From Curvularia clavata (lineage: Eukaryota), in NCBI GenBank assembly GCA_023920165.1, contig CP089276.1, positions 2,728,001-2,792,000 of the forward strand: a stretch of DNA of 64,000 nt, in the 5' to 3' direction. This document shows, one piece after another, positions 35,687 through 46,765 of this stretch; position 1 is the first letter of the stretch, and every line of letters starts with the position of its first letter. Below the pieces are notes generated by a model. The model ran no database searches. It saw only the letters and a list, made by a program, of their open reading frames with translations, and was not told where the DNA came from. Both the position numbers and the translations under genes were made by a program.

Positions 35687-38600
35687 TCATATCTGGTTCA
35701 ATCTCACGGTATTGTTCCTCGTTTCCTCATCCTCATCTTCGTCGGGACTCCCAACATCCTGCAGCCGCATAGCCCGCAACAAGTCGCGGCCCGCCTTCGT
35801 GCCATCCCTCAGCTCCATGGCGCTCTTGAGCAGAATATCCTGCATCGCGCGTGGATCCACGGCTACGCCTAGCAGCGCCTCGACATCTGGGCCCCGTGGG
35901 ATGGGGAAGTCGACGAGCGGCTTGCCGTTGGGACCAACGCTCACTGTTGTGCTCTTGCGGTAGTTGCTTTGCTGCTGGTTCTGATTTTCATGGTCGAATT
36001 CGGATGATGAAGAGTACGGATTGTATGTGTCGTCTGTATCAGAATCGAGGTTGTAAGTGGTTGACGTGAGCGACGTAGATGTTGAGTCATTTCTACGAGA
36101 GGGACGGAGCCCAACACTGCCGTAGCCACGCTGCTGTTGGGATGGGAGGTTGAGCCGCTCAAACGCGTCCCAGAGCTCGTCCACATCTTCTTCTTCGAGC
36201 GAGGTGTCCGTCGTTACGCTCATCGGAGGGGACTGGTCATCGCTGCTGACGCCATAGGCCATGTTATGCGACCATCCATCCCAGATGGCCTGCTGGGAAC
36301 GTTGGATGCTACGGTGACCTCCAAAGTTGCTAGGCACTGGCTTGGACTGGGCTTGTACCTGACTTGCTGAGCTTACACCCCGCAAGTGTAGGGTCGGATG
36401 GTGCGAGTCCTGGTTTGTTGGCTGGCCTTGTTCATCGTATTGCTGCGGTGTCAACAAGCCTGGCACTGCATGGTTGGGCTCAGACTGTGATTTCATGTGG
36501 AACGACGCCCGGTGGTTATTCTGAGAGAGCTGAACCTGGTCCTCGAGGTTGAAAGGGTTTTCGCTCATACGCTCATTTCCTGTGGCATTCGTCTCAGAAC
36601 CTGACGTCGATGGACGGTAGTCTTGCACCATAGCCATGTCCAGATCGATCATGGACGAACGAAGTGGCGAGCCAGGTGCAGAGCTGATCATTTCAGGATA
36701 ATCATCTATAGGCGCTAGTGCAGTGTTCTGAGCCTGTCGCAGATTGGGACGGAAGTTGGAGTTGAAGTTTGGCGACGAAGGATCCGTTTTGTTAGGCTTG
36801 TTGAACTGTGATTCCTGTGGGCTTCTCATAGGGAATGCAAAGTCTTGCGTTTTGCGATTTTCGTCCATTTTGGGGAACGTCCATTCCTTTGTTTCGCGCC
36901 GGCGAGATATGCGATTTGACGCACGGTTCCTAGGAGCTTCGTTGTTGGCTTCTGCCATTGCAGCATCAAACGTCCATTCCACTGTACGTCGATTTGGCTT
37001 TGGAGGCTGAGCTGGAAATGACCATTCCATCGTCTTCCGATTGGGTTGTTCAGTGGGAAACGACCATTCCATTGTCTTTCGGTTTGGCTGTTCGGAAGGG
37101 AACGACCATTCCATCGTCTTCCGATTCGGGTCTTCATTCATACTTGGGAATGTCCAGTCCTTTGTGGCTCGTTTAGTCATTTCGTCCTCTGCGTTGAAAG
37201 CGTCTCGTCGTTCTTCTTCTTCTTCCAACTCCCTTAAGAGACTCTTCATCCGATTCGCTCGAATAGTGGGCACTTCGCCCAAGTCAATACTTGGTATCTC
37301 GTCTGCCGATGGCATCGAAAAATCCAAGTCAATGATTGTCTCACGATTAGGTGCTCCGGGATTGAAGTCTCGCAAAGCCAAGTCCGAGGGCGGCCGGCCA
37401 TTGGGGGGATCTGGTGCGTCAATTGCACTGTACCGATATGGTGTCGTGTTGGTGTCGAAGAGCTTGTTAAGACGTTTCTGTCCTCTAGCAATGGATTCTT
37501 CCTTGAATCTGGCTTGCAATTGTTCGAAACGACCCATATCCTCCACTGGAGGTATGCTCATTCCCATCGGCTGTCCTGAGCCGCCAGCAAAGGGGTCATT
37601 GAACTGCGTGGCATGCTCTTGCTCAAACTCCTCTGAAGTACTGAAAGACCAATCGTCGTCATCGTCATCTTCAGTCTCTGGGGCCAGAGGGTCGGGTGCC
37701 TGTGCACCGTATGGATTAAACAACGATTGGCGAGTGCCACCTTGCTGTTCCCATACATAGTAATCTTCCACTAACTTAATCAGTGACACTGTCGGATACA
37801 ATTTGGTGGTGTCAGCCAGGTAGGGATGCTCTAAGATTTCATCCGGCGTAGGGCGATCCCGTGGCTCCTGCTTAAAGACAAAGGCAAGAAAATCCTTCAG
37901 CTCTTGAGAGAAGCGATCCCCTTCCAACACAGGCACACCAGCGTTTGGCAGATCAAAGTGCCCTATTTTGTGGTGCGGTGGGAAGCCGCAGGCCATCTCA
38001 TACACGGTACAGCCATAGGCCCATATGTCAACTTCGCTGCCATAGGAAATCTCCTTCGGCTGGAGAAGACTATGCGGATCGGCATCCTTGACCCACTCTT
38101 TCTGGAGTTCGGGAGCCATCCAGAATGGCGTACCTACAATAGTCGACCGCTTTGATCTTTCAGGCTCTAGGGTGTTGGAGACTCCGAAATCGCATAGCTG
38201 TACCCGGCCATCTTCAAGGATGAGTACGTTGTTGGCTGTAGTTTGCTCAGTAAATATCGAGTGTATGAAGACGGATATACGTACATTTTAGATCTCGATG
38301 CAGCACACCCGCTTCGTGGATATATTTAAGACCCAGAGCTAGCTCACGGGCGATAGGTATTATGAACTTCTCAGCCAGCCCAGGACCTGGGTCTTTGCTC
38401 GTAGCAGTAGGCTTCATCAAGGTGTTGACGCTACCACCGCTAGCGTACTCACTGATGATCCAAAGTTCGTTATGCACCGGTCTCGCGTCTTCAATGATGT
38501 TGACATATGGTCTTGCCTTACTGTCTCTTAGTTGCTGCAAGATGTCGATTTCTTTGAGGGTGTCCTGAAGGTTTTTATGGGTCATTTCTTCATAATCAAC

Positions 38601-38881
38601 CTTATCAATTTCGATGATCTTGATAGCGACCAGGGCGCCGGTATTGCGACTCTTTCTTGGTAATGTTAGCACACGTATTCGACATCGCACTGACATACCC
38701 ACCCTTTGAACACTCGACCATATGCGCCTTTCCCGATGAGCTCGTAGAAGTCATAGGGCGGAGGCTCCTCCCCACTTCGCTTTGCTCTCTCAGCAACCAG
38801 GGCTTCCATGTCTCTGGCTTGTTGCATGGCGCGTCCTTTGGTGCCGCCCATATTGGGCGGCTGCAGTCTTACTGGTTCCAT
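35687..38881 (-). CDS. NAK1: Ste20/GCK-family Ser/Thr kinase of Kic1/Nak1/POD-6 type (MOR/RAM network); exons 38881-38703, 38655-38285, 38235-35687; possible upstream in-frame start at 39496
   Basis: PPPYDFYELIGKGAYGRVFK, VAIKII, HRDLKSNNVL, LCDFGVS, RSTIVGTPFWMAPE and VDIWAYG in an N-terminal kinase domain, followed by a long disordered tail (GCK architecture). Confidence 0.85.
37014..37130 (-). repeat. 42-bp tandem repeat (~2.8 copies) encoding PNRKTMEWSFP(S/T)EQ
   Basis: GACCATTCCAT recurs at 37020, 37062 and 37104 on the + strand, with mostly synonymous differences between units. Confidence 0.92.
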
Positions 38882-40122
38882 TGCTTTCAGGTATCCGTAT
38901 GAATTGTCGTGTGCTAGAGACCTGCTTGCGCACTCTTCGTGAGGTTCGTAAGGTGATTCCACAATGCGCTCTAATGGACCCTCGACCAATGTACTCTCGA
39001 AACTCGTGGCAACGGGCAGCAGCGGGGGTGGGCGATCGGACAACGAACCACGTCTACAAAGAGAGGTGCGATTGGTGGGATCCGAGATAGAATGAAAGTG
39101 ACTTGATGTAGATGCGAAGCAAAGCGGCCGGAAAGGGCCTGGATTCGAGTGCGCGGCAGGCCTGTTTGGTAGTGGTGGCGACGGGAAGACGGTAAAGATG
39201 GGGGACTTGGGCGTGGGCGGACACAATGGACTTCTTGGATCCAATATCGGAGCAGATATCTCGCTCTTGTCGATGGAAGGCGGACGCGAGGAGCGGAAGG
39301 AGTGCGAAGATGAGCGTCTCCGGCCTTTGAGTGTGTCGGTTAGCTTGAGCACTGAGAAAGAGCGGTCCGGGCGAGTCTTGGGAGCGGGCGTCTCCTTTCC
39401 TGGCGACTGGGGCGGGGTGACATCGCCCATTGGGATGAGGTGGTCCCCATCGCTGACCGACCGCTTGAGCTTGACGATGGCTGTACGGTCCAACATGGTT
39501 GCGCGGGTGGAGGTGCTGGCATGTTGGGGGTGAGGGACGAGCAAAAATCACACTCACAGGTTTGCTATGGTGATGGCAGTATGCTACCACAGGTGAATGC
39601 CGTTCATGGCAGGTAGGTCGCGTGCGGTGAAGGTGACGGTGGGCGAGGGCGCAGGCGTCCGTTTACACTCACACCTCCGCACTGCGGGGCGTGGACGAGC
39701 TCAACAACGACGTGCGATTACAACAAGAGGTAGCAGATTTAAAGAAGAGCGGAGAGAAAGGTACGAAACGAAGAGGTGCTTTTCTGCAAAAGGATGCGAC
39801 GGCGACGCCATCTGTCAGATGTGCGAGACTCCAAGAGCGGAACATTCGAAACAAGGATCCAGGGTCTCAACTGCTGATCGCGCTAAGGCAACCTTAATCC
39901 ATCTGGGGCAAGCGCGCCCCGCCTCTCCGACCTTGACATCATCCGCGCCACAGGTGCGCGGCCATCGAACGCTGATCTGCCAACTTTCGGCGCATGTTGG
40001 GACAGATACAACATGCTTTCTCATAGCCTTTTGCTATATCTCCTATTCCCCAAGCGCCCGACTAGATTCCAGTGGATTCATTACATCAAGACAGTTTCAA
40101 AAAGCCGCAAATCGATTTTACC

Positions 40123-40827
40123 ATGGTTTCTCAGCCTATTGGCACAAAGAAGACGCCGCCCGTCACGTCCACAGCAAAGAAAACCCCTGTGGCCTCAGCA
40201 AAGAAATCGGCTGTCAAGAGCCCAGCGGTTCAACCCCCAAAGAAGCCCGTCAACACGGCCATGCAGAAGAAACCGGTGGTCGCACCAGCAAAGAAGCCAG
40301 TACCCACTGTGGCTCCTAAGAAGCCCACAACAGCAGTTGGACAAAAGAAGCCCCTCCCAGCGCCAGCCAAGAAAGCGATTCCACAGCCTCAACAGCAGGG
40401 CTGGCTCTCCAAAGGCTTGAGTGCTGCACAGTCTGGAATTGGCAGTGCAGTCGGTGCAGCCACTGCAGGCATCGGCAACGCTGCTGGTGCAGTCATAACT
40501 GCAGCTGGCAGTGGTGTAGCTGGGGCAGGTAGGGGCGCAGGAGCAAGGTGAGTCCATCATCATAATCGCGACCCGAATGTCTGTTTGACCTCGTGTAGCA
40601 TTACAAACACATCCCGTACCTGGGGCGACATGGTCCGCGAGTACGGTAATTCACTAAAAGACATGACCGGCGCTTCGGGCAGCCGCTCTACGACTCACAA
40701 GAACCCTCTTGGACTGAGTGGAAGTACGACAGGGGGAATGGCATCCATGGCGAGTAGGCCTGGTGTACCTGGTGTTTCTGGAGGTTCGACCAGGACTGGT
40801 ACCGCCAGCAACCCGTTGGGACTATGA
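40123..40827 (+). CDS. Hypothetical basic protein with Lys/Pro-rich N-half and Gly/Ala-rich C-half; exons 40123-40547, 40599-40827
   Basis: ATG in ACCATGG context. Intron 40548-40598 (GTGAGT..TTGAC..TAG) joins two ORFs in frame. Repeated KKP units; NPLGL occurs twice. Confidence 0.75.
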
Positions 40828-41545
40828 GGTTGGAAAGTATTGTCTTTGTCAAATTCGTGGCTTCTTACCGTAGGTAGAGAGTGAGAACGCTTAAAGCATG
40901 GATCCCAGGAATTGGCTACTATGCAGTTATACTTGTTTTCGAAAACTTAGCAGATTTGTTTAATGCTCCAAAACTGAAGCCAAATACACGTATCATGTCG
41001 TTGATTGTGCATGAAACGGACACGCACTGATCTTGACTTACTTTGTCTTTATATTACGATCCCAGGAAACTCCAAAGCTTGGTCTTTATATCCTGCTGAT
41101 ATTTGGTGCATTGCGGCATGCAGTCTGGAGTAACTATTAGATATGATTTATCTCCTTTTTAACTGTAGGATAATGTGTCCTATGCCCTGCATGATTGAAA
41201 CATGTATCCAGTCTCAATCTAATGCAGGACACCTTTTTTAGTATTCTTAATTCTAAGGAGAAAGCTCCGATTCAAAGAGATACTCGAAAATTCAATAACG
41301 AAGTAATAGAGATTCGGCGTTGGGGTTTAAAACGGAGGTGAACATGTTAGATGGGTTATGTCATCGCTATCGATAACACAGTAGCGCCACTTCGATATTT
41401 TCTAAGAACGTGAATGTGAAGACAGGGCGCAAACACGAATTCTGCGCCGCTCATGTTCGCATCTATCAGCACATTTGTTCCGTCGGTGCGGACACACTGA
41501 ATTGTTTAATCTAATTCTTCTCGTCTACTTGCGACGCGCCGGCTG

Positions 41546-43852
41546 ATGCTCGGCTTTTTTCGACTACGATGCCTATCCCACTCCACTCCACGCTTCCAGT
41601 CGCGTCATCTACGAACGCACCCTCGCAAACCACCAAGCTATGTCCCACGATGGGACCCAACCAAGAAAACGACCATGCAGCCGTCTATGGTGTCGACTGA
41701 ATTCAAGGCTTCCTCGGAAACAGCCCTTCGCGATATACCTAAGACCGCAGAGTCCAAGAAGCTCACTGAGGGACAACAATCCTTGATCTCGCTTGAGGGC
41801 AGTAATCTTGGACACAGATACATACTCAAGCGACTTGATCTTGTACTGCGTCTAGCCAGCGCTGCCGATGGCCGTGACTCTAGTCTCCGTGCACCCTTGT
41901 GGCGGGCGTATATATTATCAAAAGCGACGGATCCTCGGCTATTAGCACGTCTTTCGAATCGGGCGTGGGAATTGCTATGGACGACTCAGTCTCTGGATAA
42001 CCCCAACCGAACGGCACACTTGAAGCAGCTCCGTCGTGACATGGAGAGGGCGGGAAAGGCAACGAGCTTTGGAGAGAGGGCGAGATACCTCGACAGCTTG
42101 GTCTCCAATGGCAGAGAGGCGTATGCCATCAGCGAATGGGAGCAGGATCACAAATCTAGCCTCAGGGGCGTACCATATAGTGATAGCCCGGAGCATTTGG
42201 AGATTGGAGCCAAGATCCACGCACTTGTCGGAAATGTAGACCGTAGCCGGAGCATCATGGATGAGCTATTCCGCCTGCATCCCGATTGGGATGCCTCTGT
42301 TATGATGAATGTGTTTCGCGCTCATACGAGTTCAGAAAATCAAGAACATCATCATATGGCCAAGCAGATCGTCACTAGAATGAAAGCGCAAAGAGGCGAA
42401 GCTTGCACAAGCGAAGACTACGACGGCTGGCTGGTCGGGTTTCTAGAGGCACGAAATCTAACCGAAGCAAAGCAAGTATTCCGAGACATGGTCCATGATG
42501 GCTGTCTGGTTACTGGCACGGTGACCGCGCCAGCCGAATCAGTTTTAAGGCGACTGCACTTGCTCTTTTGTCTTGGCACTGACATTTCTAAGATGACCAG
42601 TATTGCTCTTGATGCCCTCTCAGTGCTTCCACATGTCTATCATAGTCATGTGTTTGGTCACTGGATGAAGTCGGCTGTTATCTACAAGGCACCAGAAGCA
42701 GCTGCTCAAATCTTGGATATGATGATCAAGAGAGGATATCAACCGGAAACTTTCCATTTCAATATGCTCCTGAGAGCTCTAATACGTACAAAAGACACTC
42801 CAAATATCTTGAGAGCAGAGAACATTGGGTGGCGTATGATCGATGAGGCGTGCAAAACCCGCTCGAGACATACAACTCCTAATACGGTCACTGCAGATAC
42901 CAGGAATAGACCTACCGAAAGTCATGATGTGAACGCTGGTACTACAAGACGAGTTCCGCCAGCCAACATCACTACGTTTGCTCTCATCATGCACCATCAT
43001 GCCAAGAGCTTGCAATGGGAACATGTAGAGTACCTAACGCGTCAGCTCAAGCAATCGGCGGTTGAACCGAATGAAACTATAATGAATGTCATCATAGACA
43101 ACAAGTGTCGCCAAGGGGCATACGGTGAGGCCTGGATGGTTTACAAAACCCTCACCAATCCAGAGGAAGGCAGCAAAGGTGTTTTTCCGAATGGCGCAAG
43201 CCTGCGGTGTTTGTGGAAAATGCTCCGCCTAGCACTAGGGGACCACGCTACTCGGAATAATCCTGCTCTGCCTACACCTCGCGAACTGCTGAAGGAGACG
43301 GTGGCCTGGTGGGATTTAAGTCGCGATCGCTATGATACCGATCGATTCAGAATGGGCCTGGCAGCCTCTGACAGCGGAGCGATAACATCACTCATGATGC
43401 ATTGCTTTAGCTACACCCAGGACCTGGCTGGTTCTCTCATTGCTCTACATGTCCTTCGACATTGTTTCTCCATCTTCCCCACTGACAAAGCAGCCGGGAT
43501 CCTTCAAAGACAAATGGCTTGGGTGGAGATGGCGCGCGAATCACAATCAGTCCGCAGCCAATATTTCCACAGTCGCTCTAACAAAAGGAACACAGAACGC
43601 GTTGCGAGGATCTACAACATTCTGTTGCAGCGGCGGCTAGCTAGAATGGATCTGAAGGGGGGAGAAGCTGAGAAGTTGAGCCAGGAACAAATTGGAGATG
43701 TGGGGTTGAATCTGCTGAGCGAGTTTGTCAGGGTGATACTCAAGAGAAGTTATCCGCCTGAGGTCGTGGAAGCCATGATTCATGCAGCGAGGTGTGCGAT
43801 AGGTGTACCTGACTTACCTACCGGCGATATGGATGCTTTCGAGGTCGCTTGA
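41546..43852 (+). CDS. Mitochondrial pentatricopeptide-repeat (PPR) protein
   Basis: Arg-rich presequence and PPR-like units: A..ILDMMIKRGYQPETFHFNMLLRAL, PANITTFALIMHH, VEPNETIMNVII and VFPNGASLRCLW. Confidence 0.8.
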   Translation: MLGFFRLRCLSHSTPRFQSRHLRTHPRKPPSYVPRWDPTKKTTMQPSMVSTEFKASSETALRDIPKTAESKKLTEGQQSLISLEGSNLGHRYILKRLDLVLRLASAADGRDSSLRAPLWRAYILSKATDPRLLARLSNRAWELLWTTQSLDNPNRTAHLKQLRRDMERAGKATSFGERARYLDSLVSNGREAYAISEWEQDHKSSLRGVPYSDSPEHLEIGAKIHALVGNVDRSRSIMDELFRLHPDWDASVMMNVFRAHTSSENQEHHHMAKQIVTRMKAQRGEACTSEDYDGWLVGFLEARNLTEAKQVFRDMVHDGCLVTGTVTAPAESVLRRLHLLFCLGTDISKMTSIALDALSVLPHVYHSHVFGHWMKSAVIYKAPEAAAQILDMMIKRGYQPETFHFNMLLRALIRTKDTPNILRAENIGWRMIDEACKTRSRHTTPNTVTADTRNRPTESHDVNAGTTRRVPPANITTFALIMHHHAKSLQWEHVEYLTRQLKQSAVEPNETIMNVIIDNKCRQGAYGEAWMVYKTLTNPEEGSKGVFPNGASLRCLWKMLRLALGDHATRNNPALPTPRELLKETVAWWDLSRDRYDTDRFRMGLAASDSGAITSLMMHCFSYTQDLAGSLIALHVLRHCFSIFPTDKAAGILQRQMAWVEMARESQSVRSQYFHSRSNKRNTERVARIYNILLQRRLARMDLKGGEAEKLSQEQIGDVGLNLLSEFVRVILKRSYPPEVVEAMIHAARCAIGVPDLPTGDMDAFEVA

Positions 43853-43972
43853 TTGTGAAATGTCAGGAGAGAAAAGGTTACGCAATATAGCTCACTTGGT
43901 GGCACCTGTAAGAATTGATCAATTCACGATTAAGTCTATCATATGCCTGTGATAATTATATTCATTCAATAT

Positions 43973-45539
43973 CTAAAGGCTCACGGGATAGCGCTCCCTA
44001 AGCCGCTCACCGAAAATATAGAACAAAATAGGGGCAGGTGCAAGAAGTAAGCTCACAAATGCAAAGACACTGATGCCCCAACCGTAGCCCAGCTTCTCAA
44101 ACAACGCAGGCGCAAGTATCGGAACAATTCCACCGACTACACTGCGGAAAACCGTTCCAGCTGCGATCGCGCTTGCGGCATACTTCTCAAAGCTGTCGAT
44201 AAAGTAGTTTTGTGTGCTGTTGAGAATCATGACTTGCCCGATACCATAAAAGAAGGTAGCACTAATAGAGGCGAGCCAGTGCGTATGCTTCTCAACTGTC
44301 CAAGCAAACCAGAAGAGAGACACCGGAATGAAGACGGCGCCGATGTTGGCCAGCGGCAGACGGAATTCGGGCCTTGCTTTCTCATGGTTTTTGGCTGTAA
44401 GTGACTTGTACACCGTGTCGATCCGAGGTACAAGGAACCAGACAGCGAATAAGAACCCACAGCCTGGCCCGAGATAGAGAAGTCCTACTTGTTCTGTGGT
44501 GAATCCATAGTCGTCTTGGTAGATGGGCTGCATGTTCGTGTAAATGCTGTAAGTAGTACCAAAGATGAGGGCCTGGTATACCGCCATGACGGCGACGATG
44601 GGCTGCGCAAAGATCTTGGGAGGGCGCTTCAAAGCTTGCCCTATCTTTTCGCTCAGCGGCCGTGAATCCTCGCCTTCGTACGAGTACTTCGTGTCATCCC
44701 ATTCAGACGTTTGTCCTTCCAACTCGGCCTTTTTCCTGCTGAGGATCACCGGCGCATACGTTTCACGCAGAAAGAAGTATCCAGCCAGCGTATTGATGAA
44801 GCAAACAATGGCCATGATCCAAAATACCCATCTCCAACCAAGTCGCTGGACAATTATTCCTCCAAAAAGTGGGCCGAGGGTAGGGCCCAGAAGTGGTCCA
44901 AGGAGGTACCAGCCAAAAACACCTGCTCTTTCATTTGGGGGGAACATATCGCTTATCGTACCTCCGCCATTTGCAATGCCCACGCTGCCGAAGAAACCGG
45001 TGATGCTTCGTACTGTAATTAGAAAAGCAATATTTGGTGCAAATGCAGCAGGAATTTGGAGCAGCGTGAAGATGGAGAAGCATGTCAGATAGATTTTCCT
45101 CCGGCCAAATGTCTCGGATAGAGGAGCGAGAATCAAGGGTCCGATTCCCAGCATAACGACGAAACCAGTGGTTGTTCCAATGACAGCAGTAGTGGAACAG
45201 TTGAGGTCTTCGGCGATTTGCGCAATGCCAGGCGTAAACATGGATGAAACAAGAGGGCTAAGAACTAGTCGCGTTCATTAGCAGAGGAATGGGCATTCCT
45301 AGTGACGCGTACTGGACATGAGGGCTATGACGGCCACATTCGCCATTTTCCGCTTTTTGGTCCATCCTCGTGGGTTTTCCTCGCTGGACAAGTCTTCGAT
45401 GCGCAAATGCTGTCGCAAGTCAGCAAATCTTTTGTTTCTGGATAAGCTATGCGCGCAAAAAATGACATACCGTGCGAGGCTGACCTTCCTCACTCCATCT
45501 CTGCTGCAACAGAGGTGCGCGCTCATCTTGTGGAGGCAT
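43973..45539 (-). CDS. MFS multidrug transporter, DHA1 family; exons 45539-45471, 45409-45313, 45264-43973
   Basis: NPRGWTKKRK, APLSETFGRRKIY (motif A), GGGTISDMF, GPLLGPTLGPLFGG, GWRWVFW, ETYAPVIL, PEFRLP and YAASAIA. Confidence 0.93.
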
Positions 45540-46765
45540 GGCTACAGCATGCGGATGTGAAGAGCGGTGGTGGTTTGAGGATCATATTTAAAACAATTAC
45601 GATAGGGTAGCCGCATTCACAGCATTGACACAACAGTAAGCGTCATTGTGGCTAAAGCAAACATGCAGTTTAACCGTGTTGGGGGCCCGTTGGTCGATAT
45701 CTGAGATTTGGGGCGTCATCGATATCGCCCGAGGAGGGATCGGGGCGAAGTGCGATCGGCAAGATTCATGTCTCGTTCGGGAAAGAGGCGCTCGACTACG
45801 TACGGTAGCCGTGTTGATCACATTAACGATCAGTTACAAATTCTGGTCTTTTCGCAATGACATTGTATGTGCAACAATGAAAAAATGAAAACAACCTACA
45901 GATATGTGGGTACGACATGTGTTCTAAGGCGGCGAAGAGCGGTAGCCTTAGGTGAAATTGAACTTTTTGTCAGTGTCAGTTCCAGTTGAACTTTCACGAC
46001 AGCGACGCGCTCTTTGTACAACTAAGTCATCCTGTACTATACGAAAATACTGAACCGGAAGCAACCAAGTACATGTTATGAATACAGAGAATTGGTTGCT
46101 GCAAGAGGGCTATAAAAGGAAACACGATCTGTTGGAGCGAAACGTGGAGAAAATAGTGTCAGAAGAGGTTAGTATATTATCATCTAGTTCGTCCATCTCA
46201 CTCTCTTCGCATAATCTTATGCATAACTTGGATCGGTGTATAGCTCATCCACAGCGGCATGCATCCCTAACCAACAGCACAATCGCAAGAAAGACTAACC
46301 CACGATACGTCCTGTGCATAATCTCCCTGCTTTAGCTGCTTTGCACCCTCTGTCGGTAGATTACGTCGTCTAGCAATCGATTGTTTTGCATATTCAACTT
46401 CATTGCCAGCCCATCAGAGAAACGTGATGCAACAGGTTTCTTTTCCATATTGTGACTCTAGTAGATCTTTGTATGATAGATTGTATGCTCACTAGCGCTC
46501 TCTTGATTGCTTGCAATGAACCCAACGTGTACACAAATGGGGTGAAGAATGGCATATTCTTCCTACTTTAAGAAGAAAACATCACTATCACCCAAGATTT
46601 TCTTATGACGACGCCCGTTCTTGCTGAAACAAAGTATTGAAGCCGTTCCAGCATGTTATACTAGAAAACCGCTTCACGAACACAAGGATGGAAAACATTG
46701 AAGAATAAGATTCAATTCAACAAAGACATAGAAAAAAATGTTTCTAACTTGTTTAAGCCACACAA

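Noticed and set aside
37014..37130. Regularly spaced direct repeats that superficially resemble a CRISPR array
   Set aside because: Eukaryotic, in-frame coding tandem repeat with no unique spacers and no cas genes.
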